A DNA stretch of 54,409 nt from a virus (IMGVR_UViG_3300033475_000030:1-54409); one strand, 5' to 3'; shown: positions 36,906 to 48,268, counted from the first letter of the stretch. Numbers and translations are program-made. Notes: generated by a model not told the origin, from the letters alone.

Positions 36906-37144
36906 GCTGCGTTCCTTGTTGCGGCCACTATGGGCCGGTAAACTGTGATGGCCATGTAGCCGATCGCGTTGACCACACCCTCGGTCGGCTCAAGCTTTCC
37001 GTTTAGAATTTGGCAAACACTTCCAGCATTCACGCCGCGCTGATCCGCGAACCGGCGAATGCCGCCGGCGGCACGCACCGCCTCACGCAGAGCGGCTAGA
37101 ACCTCCACCTTCCCCACACCCTCTCCGCGCGCGGGGGCCGTCAC
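36902..37144 (-). CDS. Small Cro-like HTH protein
   Basis: GG.R.FA...GV....V.QILNG. Confidence 0.7.
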   Translation of the reverse strand: MTAPARGEGVGKVEVLAALREAVRAAGGIRRFADQRGVNAGSVCQILNGKLEPTEGVVNAIGYMAITVYRPIVAATRNAA

Positions 37145-38247
37145 GCTGAGACCTCGGCAAATAGAGGGCAGTCGCCAGTGATCTTGCGCTGAATGTCTTC
37201 AGCGTATCCGGGGTCCCGCTCAATCAAGACCGCATCGCAACCGAGTTGATCGGCTGCCAGGCCGGTGCTCCCAGATCCGGCGAAGGGATCGAGCACCGTT
37301 CCGCCCTTTGGGGTCACCATTTGCACCAGATAGCGCATCAAGTCAGTTGGCTTGACGGTGGGGTGCTTGGAGCCAGCGCGATCGGCTGCGCTAGCCTTGG
37401 CTGTGTAGAAGAAGCGAGAGGCAGTTCCGGTGTCGCCGCGTGGAAGTGTCAGGGGGCGCTCGCCATAGTCTCCATAGACATTGACGCTATCGCGTTTTCC
37501 ATGCTGGGGGCCGACAGTGAACTGCTGACCGGGGGCCTCTCCGAATGCCGCGAACGCTTCCTCAACCTCATCTGATCCGTCATGGATCACGTTGGCCGGC
37601 CAGCGGCCGAGTGGAGAGCCTCCTATAATGCCACCCTGCATTCCATATCCGTCTTGGCGATCTCGTTTCCCATTCCCTGTAGTGACGAGGACGCCCCCAT
37701 CGGGCAGGCGGCTCGCGTCTATGTTTATGGCTCCAGTTCCGAACTGCGCCACATTCGCCGCGACAGTGCCAATCAGTGGCTTGCGCGCTAGCACGATTGG
37801 CTCAACAGCGGGTTTTAGCGCGGTGCCCCAGCCGTCCCCCGCGTTGTGGGACTTTGGGAAGCCGCTTCCGTAGAGCCACATGATCGTGTCGCGGATCTCG
37901 AAGCCAGCGTCCTCGATGGCGACGGCTTGGCGATGCCAGGTCCGAGTTCCGCCGAATGCCAGAAGATAAGCGCCTGGGCGCAGGCAGTCATAGACAAGGC
38001 GCCACGTCTCGGCGCGAAGGGCAATGTCCCCGCCATCCCAGGTCTTACCCATGAACCCGCGAGCCGTCCTCTGGTGCAGTCCAGATCGGGACCACGTGCT
38101 ATCTGTACGCCCACTCTTGGCGAACCGCTTCACGATGCTGGTCAGGTGATAGGGCGGATCTGTCACGGCGGAATGAGCCTGCAGACCTTCTGAGGCCAGC
38201 TTAGGCAGCGCAGTGAGGCAGTCCTCGTTAAGAAGGCGAACTGTCAT
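37141..38247 (-). CDS. Orphan N4/N6 DNA methyltransferase (beta class)
   Basis: TDPPY, GFEIRD, YGSGFPKS, HPTVKP, VLDPFAGSGST. Confidence 0.95.
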   Translation of the reverse strand: MTVRLLNEDCLTALPKLASEGLQAHSAVTDPPYHLTSIVKRFAKSGRTDSTWSRSGLHQRTARGFMGKTWDGGDIALRAETWRLVYDCLRPGAYLLAFGGTRTWHRQAVAIEDAGFEIRDTIMWLYGSGFPKSHNAGDGWGTALKPAVEPIVLARKPLIGTVAANVAQFGTGAINIDASRLPDGGVLVTTGNGKRDRQDGYGMQGGIIGGSPLGRWPANVIHDGSDEVEEAFAAFGEAPGQQFTVGPQHGKRDSVNVYGDYGERPLTLPRGDTGTASRFFYTAKASAADRAGSKHPTVKPTDLMRYLVQMVTPKGGTVLDPFAGSGSTGLAADQLGCDAVLIERDPGYAEDIQRKITGDCPLFAEVSA

Positions 38248-39589
38248 CGCATCGCCCTCGTCGCATCATCCGAAAAAGCCGCGACCGAGCCCGAAGACCC
38301 GGCCGCGCAGTTTGAGGTGGAAACGGCGCTCAGATCAGTCGCGAGCGCGCCGACATCACCGGACGGGGCCGGGATCTGGGAAACTTGTGGGACAAGATCG
38401 CCCCAGCCGCTTAGGGTGCTCTGGTAATCGGAGCAGTGGAGAGCGGCAGACCATGGCCATGGAATAACGCGCGCTTCGTAAAGCACATCCAGCTCGTCTG
38501 CGAGGGGCTTGAAGCGGAGATTGATATTGGCTGCCAGACCTTCCGCTTGTTCCTTGGACATGCATGCGTGCACGGCATCAGGACCAACGATATTGACGCA
38601 CCAGAGCTCGCTCATACGCCCACCGTGCGCGCGAAGGGGCGCCCGATGCATGAGGCACCGAGCGCCGTAACAACAGACATCTGCCCTCCAGCCGCCGGCT
38701 GTTGCGCGCCGGCCCCGCATCGCCCTGGGGTAGGGGGATTGTGATTCATGCTGATATCTCCGCGGTCACCGACGTGAGGGCAGCGGTCAGCCGCAGAGTA
38801 TGTTTGCGTGGCTTGGTCATCAGGGGCATCCCCTCGATCGCCTTCATGCTCGCCATAATCATGGGGCCACTCGGACTAAGGGGCGCGATCACGCAATTAG
38901 CCATTCGCATTTGCGCCTGAAGACTTCTGATCGGCACGCTGCAGCCGACGCGGGACAGAACAATCTCGGCTTGATGTGCCCACCGCGGGAGATCGAAACT
39001 TCTGATCTTGTTGCCTGGTTCGGTAGCGCCAATCAGGATTGCCCCGATTAGATGCCGCGCTCGATCTGGGGACGTTACCCCAGACATGAGCAGTTCCCTG
39101 ACGACCGATGCCCCGAACTCATGCACCAGCGCGCGCCATTCAGGCGGTAGCGCATCACAGGTCTCACAAGAGTTGTCGTGGCCCTGAAATGCCAATTTGG
39201 CCGGCTGACTCATTGCACCATCTCCCCAAGCCCGGGGGCGGGACTGATGGCGCCAAGATATTCCGCGTAGTCGATATGGTCTTCCGCTTCTTCCTCACTC
39301 CATCCATAGTCCGCCATGATTGCATCGATCAGCTCGACGCAATCACAACTCTTGCCGTCAGAAGACAAAGCCGTTGCCGTGCGAACAATCTTCCACGTCT
39401 CTTCTGGCCAGTGCTTCGGGTGGAAGATGACCACCTGCGGGATATCGATCACAGCCCGCGCCTCCGCAGCTTCTCGTCGCGCTGGAGTGCGGCCTTCACG
39501 CGCGGGATCGCCCAGTCTACCTGGCGCTCACCGTCAGTGTGCATGGCAACGCAGAACTTCAACCACAACCAGTTGATCAGCCAAATCAT
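38244..39589 (-). CDS. Coupled hypothetical ORFs (38244-38615, 38746-39213, 39210-39452, 39449-39589)
   Basis: Stop-start overlaps; no recognised family. Confidence 0.6.
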
Positions 39590-39921
39590 TATAGGTTTCT
39601 CCGGGCGCGCGTCCGCGCCTCTAGCATTTCGGCCTTGTGGCGGAGCTGCTCGATCTGGCGCTCCTGCCACGACGCGTGCCACTCACGAACCGCCCGATGC
39701 TCATCAGCCCACACGCGCGGGATTTCCTCGCGCAGGAGCTTGGCAACGCGGCTCGGTTTCATTCCCAGCTTGCGTGCGATGTCTTCGATCACTCTGGCGC
39801 GCCCCTCATGGAGGCGGTCCCGCACGACCGCATTGAATAGGTCAGTTACTTCCTTGGCTTCTGGCGTAGTGATGCTGCAGGACATTTTATGTTTCTGAAT
39901 TTGGAAACTGTTTTTCGACAT
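39589..39921 (-). CDS. CII-position HTH regulator
   Basis: I..IARKLGM..SRV..LL..E..RV.A.E followed by a coiled coil. Confidence 0.6.
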   Translation of the reverse strand: MSKNSFQIQKHKMSCSITTPEAKEVTDLFNAVVRDRLHEGRARVIEDIARKLGMKPSRVAKLLREEIPRVWADEHRAVREWHASWQERQIEQLRHKAEMLEARTRARRNL

Positions 39922-39977
39922 TTGCGATCCGCTCCGATGTTTGATGGTCAACATCAGAGAGGACGAGGGGCGCACGC

Positions 39978-40139
39978 ATGACGGACGAGGAGGACTTCGA
40001 GAGCGTCGCCCCCGAGCACTGGATTAGCGTAATGAACCGGCTGCTATGCCGGCTATGGGGAATCATACGAGACGAAGACGTGACTGACGAAGACAGACGA
40101 GACGCACGCGGGGGCGTGCGGGACGGAGACGACGAGTAG
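39978..40139 (+). CDS. Acidic 53-aa peptide, antisense to the early operon
   Basis: GAGG-rich SD; MTDEEDFESVAPEHW...DGDDE; occupies a gap in the minus-strand operon. Confidence 0.5.
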   Translation: MTDEEDFESVAPEHWISVMNRLLCRLWGIIRDEDVTDEDRRDARGGVRDGDDE

Positions 40140-40236
40140 GTGATCACCTTGGGACAGGCGATCGACGCGGCCCTGCTCAGAGCCGGATTGCTCGAGCAGG
40201 TGAAGGCCTGGGAAGCGCAGCGGCGAGATGGGGATC

Positions 40237-41415
40237 TCACGCTGCAATCCCGCGCAGACGAATGCAGACATCTTCGAGGGAAACGCGAGCCAGATGAGGA
40301 AACTCAGAATTCAGCTCTTCTGGCATGTAGCACGGCGGCGTCTTTGCCTTCTTCATAGCCCGGAGGTATCCGTCGCGCCCTTCGGACCATTTCTTAGCGG
40401 TGACAGCGATAGGGAGTGCCGGCTTGGGAGCGACTGGATTGGGAGCGCGGACGGCAGCGCCGGAGACCTTGCTCAGAATGCAGGTACACTTCCCGTGCTG
40501 AATATCTGCGGCCACCACGGCCGCCTTAACGGTAGTGCGGTCGCAGCCCATCCGGGTGGCAACGCAAACCTGCCGATGCTTCCGGGCCAGCGCTACGATC
40601 TGCTTGTAGCTGTGCTTCGGCTTAGACCGATGGGATTCGCGCGGAATGCCCAGGCGCTCCACGGTGCGGGCAGCCGCCGATGGAGAGCAGTGAGCCCGCT
40701 TAGCAATATCCTTGAGCAGCAGATTCGTGGTGGACGCAAGATCCGCGATCTTTGCAATCTGTGCTTTGGTCAGCAGCGGCGATCCCATCACATCGTGCTC
40801 CGAATCTGCTCGGGCGTTGCCGGAACTGGCTCGCGGATGTCATCGGCGCCCATGCGGGTCGGCACGGGCTCATCCTCGCCGCGCATCTCGGCCATAAACT
40901 CCTCAAGCGGAGGAAACTTGACGCCGTGCTTCCGTGTGACTTCGCGAAGGGCATCGACGCACTGTCGCAGAGTCATCTGCGGCTCGGCCTCGACGGGCAC
41001 CGGCACCGCCAGCATCGCATCGATTTCGGATCGTGGCAGGGGCCCGGCCCATTGACCTGGAACCTGGAAGCGCGGGTCGAAGATGGAGCGGGCGGTCATG
41101 GCTTCCACTCCATGCGAAGGATGACAATCCACGCCGAAGCAAGGGCCGCATCGATGCACACAGAGGTCATGTCGCGATCGAGAAAGTCTCCGACACCGCA
41201 GGCAATCATGCCGAGGAGGAACGCGACTGCTACGTATTTCACAGCATCACCTCCTGCTTCACGGGCGACGTGTCGACGCCACTAAGACGCAGCGCGTCGA
41301 GGATTTTGATAACGTGGCGCTCGGAGACACGAAGGTTTTCCGCGATCTGCCAAGGCTTCTTGCCCGCGCGCTTCATGGCGAGAACGGCGTCGGCGGTCTG
41401 CTTGCGGTCGGTCAT
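40237..41415 (-). CDS. Early ORFs 40237-40791 (HTH-like), 40788-41099, 41096-41242 (2-TM), 41239-41415 (HTH)
   Basis: Coupled overlaps; IA..L.VSERHV HTH in the last ORF. Confidence 0.6.
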
Positions 41416-42253
41416 CGTGCCACCGACCCGGATACCCCGGGCGCCTTGCGTGGGCACATCGGAGCCTCGCAGTCCTTGTTCGCACCGGGCGGACAGATGC
41501 AACCCCGTGTTGGCGAGACGACCACAGGAGAAGGATATGGCACTGGAGCGTGGTAATCGCCATCTGGCGGGACGACGCCCCACCAGGGTTGTCCTGGCCC
41601 GGATGGGTAGGCAGGTCTGCCAACTACCATCGGTTGCCCGTCACAGGTATATGGGGGAAGTTTGCAGCGGCCGGTGCAATAGCAGGAGCATGACGTGCTC
41701 ATGCCCGCGTGCCTCCGTCCATCGCGTTCATCGCCTCTTGCGCCATGTCGCCGAAGATCAGGCCGAAGAGGATGAGGAATAGGGCGAGTGTCATGCTACC
41801 GGCTCCAATCTCTTTGGTTCCGAGAACCGCAACCGTCCCTTGCCGACAAGTGCCAGCGCAGTGGACGGCGCGAACGGAAGAAACTCACCAGCGCAGAGGA
41901 GGCGCTGCTTTGAGATGACCGCAGAACCACCCTCGGTGATTGCCTTGAGCAAATTGCGCTCAGCGTCCGTCAGGCCGTCCTTCGGCTTGCGTGTGTGCTT
42001 GATCATTTCACACCTCGGAATGCGGGCTCAAGGTGATGGCCGTAGAGATAGAGGGCCATGAACAGGAGCGCCACATACAGCGCCAGCTTGCCCAGAGCGT
42101 TGAACGCGCGGGCGCCCCACTCGGTGCGGTGGCGGAACTCGTGGTTGGAGAGGCCGTCGTCGTCGGGGATCATGCTTTTCCTCCCATGTCGAGAAGCCAT
42201 AGCGCGATGCAGGCGATAAGGATGAAGGCTGCGATCTGGATGAGCGGGGTCAT
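41412..42253 (-). CDS. Early micro-ORFs 41412-41702 (Cys-rich), 41699-41794 (TM), 41791-42006, 42003-42173 (TM), 42170-42253 (TM)
   Basis: Unbroken ATGA-coupled chain starting at the cro stop. Confidence 0.65.
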
Positions 42254-42489
42254 GGGATGCTGGCCCGACCAGAAGAACGGGAATGCTGGCTAGCAATGAC
42301 AGACAACTCGCGAGCTGTAGCGCCGTTAATCTTGCGCTTGTCGGCGGCGTCTTCGACCCGATGCCAGTATTCGGCCGGGACTGACTGCCTATGCTTCCAA
42401 ACGCGGGCTAGATTTACTGACACGCCTACATCAGAGGCGAAGTCAGCTACGGATGGCCAAAGGTCAATGACATCTGAACTGAACAGCAT
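42250..42489 (-). CDS. Cro-like repressor
   Basis: I..WPS..DFA.D.GV....A..WK.R.S.P..YW; divergent from cI. Confidence 0.85.
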   Translation of the reverse strand: MLFSSDVIDLWPSVADFASDVGVSVNLARVWKHRQSVPAEYWHRVEDAADKRKINGATARELSVIASQHSRSSGRASIP

Positions 42490-42498
42490 GCAGCCATA

Positions 42499-42572
42499 TT
42501 GCATATCGAAATTGAAATTGCAATATGAAGTTTCGCGCTGATGGAGGATTGCATTACACGATGCAACATGAA
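42499..42572. promoter_or_regulatory. OR-like operator region
   Basis: 13-bp imperfect palindromes TTGCATATCGAAA, TTGCAATATGAAG and TTACACGATGCAA in an AT-rich spacer. Confidence 0.7.
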
Positions 42573-43014
42573 CGCGAGAGCATCAGCCAAAGAGGAGGTG
42601 CGCCGCCAGGCCGGAGAACGGCTAAGGCAGGCCAGAATCGCGGCCGGCTATGGTGAGCAGATCGATTTTTACGAGGCTTTTGCTATCCCCCAGGGCACCT
42701 ACGCCAATCATGAGGGTGGCCTGCGGGGAATGGACCTGCCGACTGCCCAAGCCTATGCGGACAAGCTTGAAAATGTCTCCGCTGGCTGGATTTTGACCGG
42801 CGAGGGCGATCCCCCGAAGAAGCTGCCCCCGAAGCTATCCCGAGGAAAAAGGGCCCTTATCGGCGATGCCGAGACTAGCGGCGATCCGAAGGAGAGCAGC
42901 GTTGATGAGAAGATGGCATTCATCTGGAGACATTTGCGGCTGGAGATTAAGCTCGCGGTCGTGTCTCTGGTCGAGACGCTTGTTAAGGTCTGGCCTGACC
43001 GGCCCCCGAAATAG
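42568..43014 (+). CDS. CI-like XRE repressor lacking the S24 peptidase domain
   Basis: ERLRQAR.AAG, TY.NHE.G.RG, YA..L..VS..W.LTGEG; short helical C-terminus. Confidence 0.85.
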   Translation: MNARASAKEEVRRQAGERLRQARIAAGYGEQIDFYEAFAIPQGTYANHEGGLRGMDLPTAQAYADKLENVSAGWILTGEGDPPKKLPPKLSRGKRALIGDAETSGDPKESSVDEKMAFIWRHLRLEIKLAVVSLVETLVKVWPDRPPK

Positions 43015-43161
43015 CAACACGTCACCCATTCTAGGATATTCCTGGATTCGAGTTGGGGCGCCATGTCAATCACGCGTCCATGAAAAACATTATCATCCTT
43101 TCGGCTTATTAATAGCGCCAATTTGCCGCTATGTGCGGTCGCCATATCTGCTGATGGCAAC

Positions 43162-43599
43162 TTAAGAGTCTGCGTTTTCCTTCAAAAACTGCGCTTCGAT
43201 TCTGGCCCTAATGTCGGCTAGCGCCCGGGTGAATGTGGTGATCATCCGGTCGCTCGGGACCACACAAAGCGCACGCCCATCCCGCCTAGAGGGCTGCAGC
43301 AGGAGAAGCCCACGAGCCTCCAGGCTGTGGATCTCTCGCCGCACCGCGGTCCGGCTGCTGAGGCGCCCGACGATCCCTTCATAATAGGAGATGGTCTGTA
43401 TGCGACCGTCACCGAATGCGCACACGATCTGGCGCATCAGCTCGTCGCGAGTGGGATTCCTGGGCCGGTTGCGCCCTACCATGGCGACCACCATGCGATC
43501 CCTGCGCTCTAGGCACTCCAAGAGAAACCTCAGGTCTTTAGCGGTCTGAGGGCTTAGCGAGCCCGGAGCGGCGGGACGGGCAGGCGGTCGTCTAGGCAT
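43162..43599 (-). CDS. MarR-like winged-helix protein
   Basis: SRTAV.R.I..LE..GLL....S..DGR...V. Confidence 0.7.
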   Translation of the reverse strand: MPRRPPARPAAPGSLSPQTAKDLRFLLECLERRDRMVVAMVGRNRPRNPTRDELMRQIVCAFGDGRIQTISYYEGIVGRLSSRTAVRREIHSLEARGLLLLQPSRRDGRALCVVPSDRMITTFTRALADIRARIEAQFLKENADS

Positions 43600-43669
43600 G
43601 CCCACCAGTTTAGCATGGATTTCTGACAGCGGGCTGACAGACGCTCCCGGAGCCCGACCGAGCAGGTCA

Positions 43670-43720
43670 AAATTGAAATTTGAAATTTCGTATTGCAATT
43701 CATGTTGCGATACGCAATAC
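43670..43720. promoter_or_regulatory. OL-like operators and pL promoter region
   Basis: TTTCGTATTGCAA and TTGCGATACGCAA match the OR motif; AATTGAAATT is shared with OR. Confidence 0.7.
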
Positions 43721-43880
43721 TCCTCGCACGCCACCCCGGTTGCGACACCGGGAACGCAACAGGGGGAACCCAGCCCAATGCCCTAACCAATCTCCGGCCA
43801 CACCAGCCGGCTAGGCCCAGACATCCGCCAGGGTGCTGGGCTCGGGGCGGTAGAGACACAGCAGCAAACGGAGCGACACC

Positions 43881-44282
43881 ATGAAGGAACAAATTACAGT
43901 CGAGCAGTTTCATGATCGGCTCAAAGCGCAGGGCGTCTCGTCTCGCGAGCATACCGCACTTGTTTGCCCAATCTGCGGAACAGTCCAAAGCCTCGCGTCG
44001 CTGATCAAAGCGGGGGTCGCTGCAGATAAGGCGGAGAATTACATCGGATTTTCTTGCGAGGGTCGGTTCACCGATGCGGGCCCATGGCCCTCGTCAAAAG
44101 ACATGACGGCGAAGGCTAAGAAACGGCGCGCGGTTCGCGGCTGCAACTGGACGCTCGGCGGCCTGTTCAAGGTTCACAATCTAGAAATCATGCAGGATGG
44201 AGTTACGCATCCGATGTTCGAGGTAGCAAGCGCGGATGATGCGCTGGCACTTGAAGCTGAACTCTCGGCTCGGAGCACCTGA
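43881..44282 (+). CDS. VVA0879-family-like Cys protein, first gene of the pL arm
   Basis: CP.CGTVQS, GFSC.GRFT, GC.WTLGGLF. Confidence 0.75.
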   Translation: MKEQITVEQFHDRLKAQGVSSREHTALVCPICGTVQSLASLIKAGVAADKAENYIGFSCEGRFTDAGPWPSSKDMTAKAKKRRAVRGCNWTLGGLFKVHNLEIMQDGVTHPMFEVASADDALALEAELSARST

Positions 44283-44283
44283 C

Positions 44284-47200
44284 ATGACCCACACCCCCGC
44301 CATCCGCGCCGACCTGGAGGCCGCCACCCGCTGGCTGGACATCGCGCGGACCCTGGGCGTCGCGGAAGATGACCCGCTGGTGGCCGAGGCGATGGAGCGG
44401 ATCGAGCGGGATCGGGAGATGTTGGCAAAGGAAGGATGGAACTGATGTCGTATCATGGAAACTTGCCCGACAACTTCTCCCAGGCTGCCTTCGATGCTTA
44501 CTGGGGCAAGCCGACTTCAGGTGCGGTCGAAGATGCGCTGGCGGCCGAACTCGAAATCCAGGACATGCGTGAGCAGTTGGTCACCAAGATCAAGGCCCGC
44601 AAGTCCGGCCTCGGACTCGACATCAACGAAGACATGCTGGGCGCACTCGAAGACGGTGCACGCAGCTCGAAATGGTTGCAGGAGCATCTGATCGAGCAGG
44701 AAGCGGAAGCCGCCGAGGACGCGAAGGCCGACGCGCAGGCGGCGCGGTATGACGCGCGGCGGGATGAGGAAGTGTTCGGGAGGGCGTGGTGATGTCTCTT
44801 TGGTGGCTGGAACCTGGATGGGCCGACGCACGATGCGCATGCGGCGCAAGGATCGCTCCCGAGGGTGATCCTGACTGGGGCGCGTGCTTTCATTGTTTCT
44901 CAGCGCAATTGCAAGCTAGCCAAATGGAAGAAGACCATCGGCGCGCAGTTGAAGATCCCCACTCCGCCCTCCACGACCGGCAGGACGATGCTGGGGGAGG
45001 GGAGTGATGGAAAAGATATCAGCGTGGGTCTACGACCCGACAAAGAGCCTTTTCGGTGACAAGAGCGGGAATGCAGCCCTCTACGAAATCTCGTGCCAGA
45101 ATCCGCAGGGATGCGATCTCTACACGAAGAACAACTCGTGCATCCTGTCCGGATCCCTATCTGGCTGCAAGTTTGGCCGTAAGTGTTGCACGAACGGCCC
45201 GACCAAAAGGGCCCGTGGTTTTCATTCGTGGATGAGCGACCGCCGGAAAGAGAATTCCGAATGGATCGGCAATCTTGACAGCAACACGGCATACAACCGG
45301 ATCTTCAAAATACAAGATCACTACTACCTGCCGTATTCATTTATGGCGGAAGAATATAAAGACTGCGGTAACCCGCTCCCAAGTAAGTGGGTCAATATGA
45401 ACGACATGACCGCCGACCTGCTTGAGCGGATTTGCAACGCTAGGCCTCGCGCTCTTTTTGGCGGCGTCATCTCTGGTTATCAGACCGAGCAAGTTCCAAA
45501 GTTTCTGACCGACCTGCGCATGTTCTATCCGGGTCTGTTCGACCTTTTACCCGAAGATCAAAAGGCGCGCGCTCGGTCCCTAAGCAATGTTGGCCGTCTG
45601 GCTGACATCACGACATGCCTTCCTGGCCCCTATGTTTTTTCAAGAGATAAATGGGATTGGGATGGCCAGAAATTGACTGGCCGATCGATGCTCTTCCAGC
45701 CGGTCAAAGGCGAGATCGAAATCACCATTGTCCCGGAAAAGGGACAGGGCGTGAAAATAACGGATGATGCCCAAGTCGGACCAGAAACCATGTTCTTGGA
45801 CTAAACCACACCCCCAGCCCGCGCCCGGCGCGAGAGGATCGAATGACACAAGATATTCAGGTTCCGAGCACCGTCTCCGGACATTGGCAAACGCCACAGG
45901 GCCACGAGGTTGCGAAGGATTATGTCAAGCTAAGTCGACAGCAGCTTTACTGCGGAGCAGTCCCAGACTTCGAATTGGCCACCATGGTCTATATGGCAGA
46001 CCGAAACAGCTTTGAACTCATCGGCATGCAGACCGCCGCGAGAGAGCGCATTCGTTGGCTCTCCGTGCAACTGGCTCTTAAGAGCGCCGCCCTCGAAGCC
46101 GCGCTCGGAGGGAAGTGATGTGAGCCTAGAAGTGTGGGGTGACGGTGACGACGGTGACGCCTCGTTCACTGATGATCGCGTCGAGGAAATTGGCAAAGGC
46201 GCCTTCGTTCTCGGCGTCCAAGCGTGCAGGGAAATGATGGCCCGGTTTGTTGAGCAGGGCGGCGATGCCGTTACCGCAGCCTCCATCCGCGCCAACTGGA
46301 ATCCGGCATGGGGGGAAGACCCTGGCAAGATCACCGACGTTGAATACGACGACATTATGGGAGGCTTCGATGTCTGGACGCTCTGACACTGCAACACTTC
46401 CGGCGCTAGCCAAGGCTATGAGCGCCAGCGATCTGCGCGCCTGGGAAGTCCATCTTGAAAAGATGGTCGGGACATCGAAAGCGCAAGTGAATATCAGCTT
46501 CGGTGGCCGCTATCGCGAAGCCGCATACTGCTATGTGACCATCGAGCCTACAGGCGAATACAAGCATGCCTCGAATGGCAAGGTTGACGGAGCCGATTTG
46601 GAAGCCGCCATCCTCGCCGCCCAGACCTGGATCGCGAACCGCCCCAAGGTCGAGCGCAACGCCGTCATTCGCAAGTTGGCTTTGGCAGTGATCGAATGCA
46701 CCGATGAACACGGCAAATGCACGGTCGCGATGCTGCGGGCCAAGGGCTTCGACGCAGACGAGATCGCGCTGCATGCCGAGTCGTGCGTGCGGGCCGGAGA
46801 GATGGCGAATTGCGCTCCGTTCACGGTCGAAGGTGCGCCATGACCCCCGTCACCAAAGCCGCGCTCGCAGCTGCCGCACTCATCGCCGGGTATGCCGCCG
46901 CCGTGCAGTTCGACGGCGCCTTACTGAACTCAGCCGCGCAGCAGATCGCGGGGGATTATCGGCCGATGACGCCGCCAGCGAGCTGGGTGGAGGGAATGAA
47001 GCAGTGAGCGTCATAGAAATTACGATCTCGGAAGAGATGATCGCGACTGTCTTCGATGAATGGCAGAAGGCAAATCCCCTCCGCTCTCTCGATGACATGA
47101 CCGACGATGAGTTCTCTAGCCGCATGATGGAAAAGATCAAACAGACCGCAAGGTTTGTTGAACCCCCGGAGGTGACGACATGACCTCGACATTCCGCGAC

Positions 47201-48268
47201 ATGCTGCGTCTGTCCAGCGAAAGCTACTCCCGCGCTGCGTATGCAATCCAGCTGGAGGAGGAGGCTTTCAAGCTCGAAGAGACTGGCCGCAAACCGCATG
47301 CCGATGGCCGGCACTTCAAGGCGCGCGGCTATTGGGACCTCGTGCTTGGAACCGATGGCGATGAGTTCGATCGGAGGGTGAAGTCGTGAGTGAGCGCACA
47401 ATAGTCCACGATTTCAGCGGCCAGGGAACCGTCACGCTCCTCGACGTTCATCGCCTTCTCCGTGCGTCGGCGCCGCCGCGCCGGTCGTGGTGGGCGCGGG
47501 TGAGGGGATGGTGGGCGGATCGGCGGTTGGATCGCGCGATGAAGCAGGCAGAGCAGGATAGGGAGTGCGGAATATGAGCCTTGCACGCATTGAAATCGAA
47601 TATGGAAGCAAAGCTAAGATTAAGGAACTCTCGGAGGAGGACTACGCCGAAGCTTGCAGGGTTTGCGATGAGCTGGCCGGACGCAACGAGGGTCATTATT
47701 GGCCCGGCGAAGCGATCATTGACCTAAATGAGGCCGGGCCGGTGTTTTCTCGGCTAGGCATTGAGTTCAAGATCAAAAAATTCAAGGGCACCATGCCTGT
47801 GGGCTCAGCAATGCCTGAGTTATCTGGTCAGCCAGTGCATGTCCACGTTCCCAACATCGGACTGCTGCACATGAATCATGTATTGCTTCTTGGGGATTGC
47901 TGCACTGATGAATTGCAGCGCCATCTGGATGATGGGTGGCGGATTTTGTGCGTGTGCCCTCCAAACTCGCAGAGGCGCCCGGATTACATCATGGGGAGAT
48001 CGCGGGAATGAGCGCCCACACGCACGCTACCCCGCCCGCATACGCCTGGCGCCAGCCGGCGGCGGATTCGGTGTTTGACGAGATCGAGGCGCTATACAGC
48101 CGCCGCACGCAGGTCGAGCAGTCGCTGAACAAGACGGCGTCACGCCGGCAGAAGCGCAGGTATCGCCGAGATCTGCACGACATCGACCGCCAGTTGGACG
48201 AGCGCGAGCTGGAGTGCGAGGCGCTGAAGCGCACGATGGATGAGGAATGGGAGGGGTTAGCGCTGTGA
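44284..48268 (+). CDS. Array of early hypothetical ORFs (44284-44445, 44445-44792, 44792-45007, 45007-45804, 45843-46118, 46120-46386, 46370-46843, 46840-47007, 47004-47183, 47180-47389, 47386-47577, 47574-48011, 48008-48268)
   Basis: Stop-start coupling and SD sequences; no function recognised. Confidence 0.65.

Noticed and set aside
43080-43160. Signal-peptide-like start MKNIIILSAY* downstream of cI
   Set aside because: It stops after 10 codons; possibly a decayed moron, but too short to support
30303-48011. Assigning conserved-looking small ORFs (30303-30605, 45843-46118, 47574-48011) to named anti-defence families
   Set aside because: I could not match them to any characterised family from sequence alone; this needs HMM or structure searches
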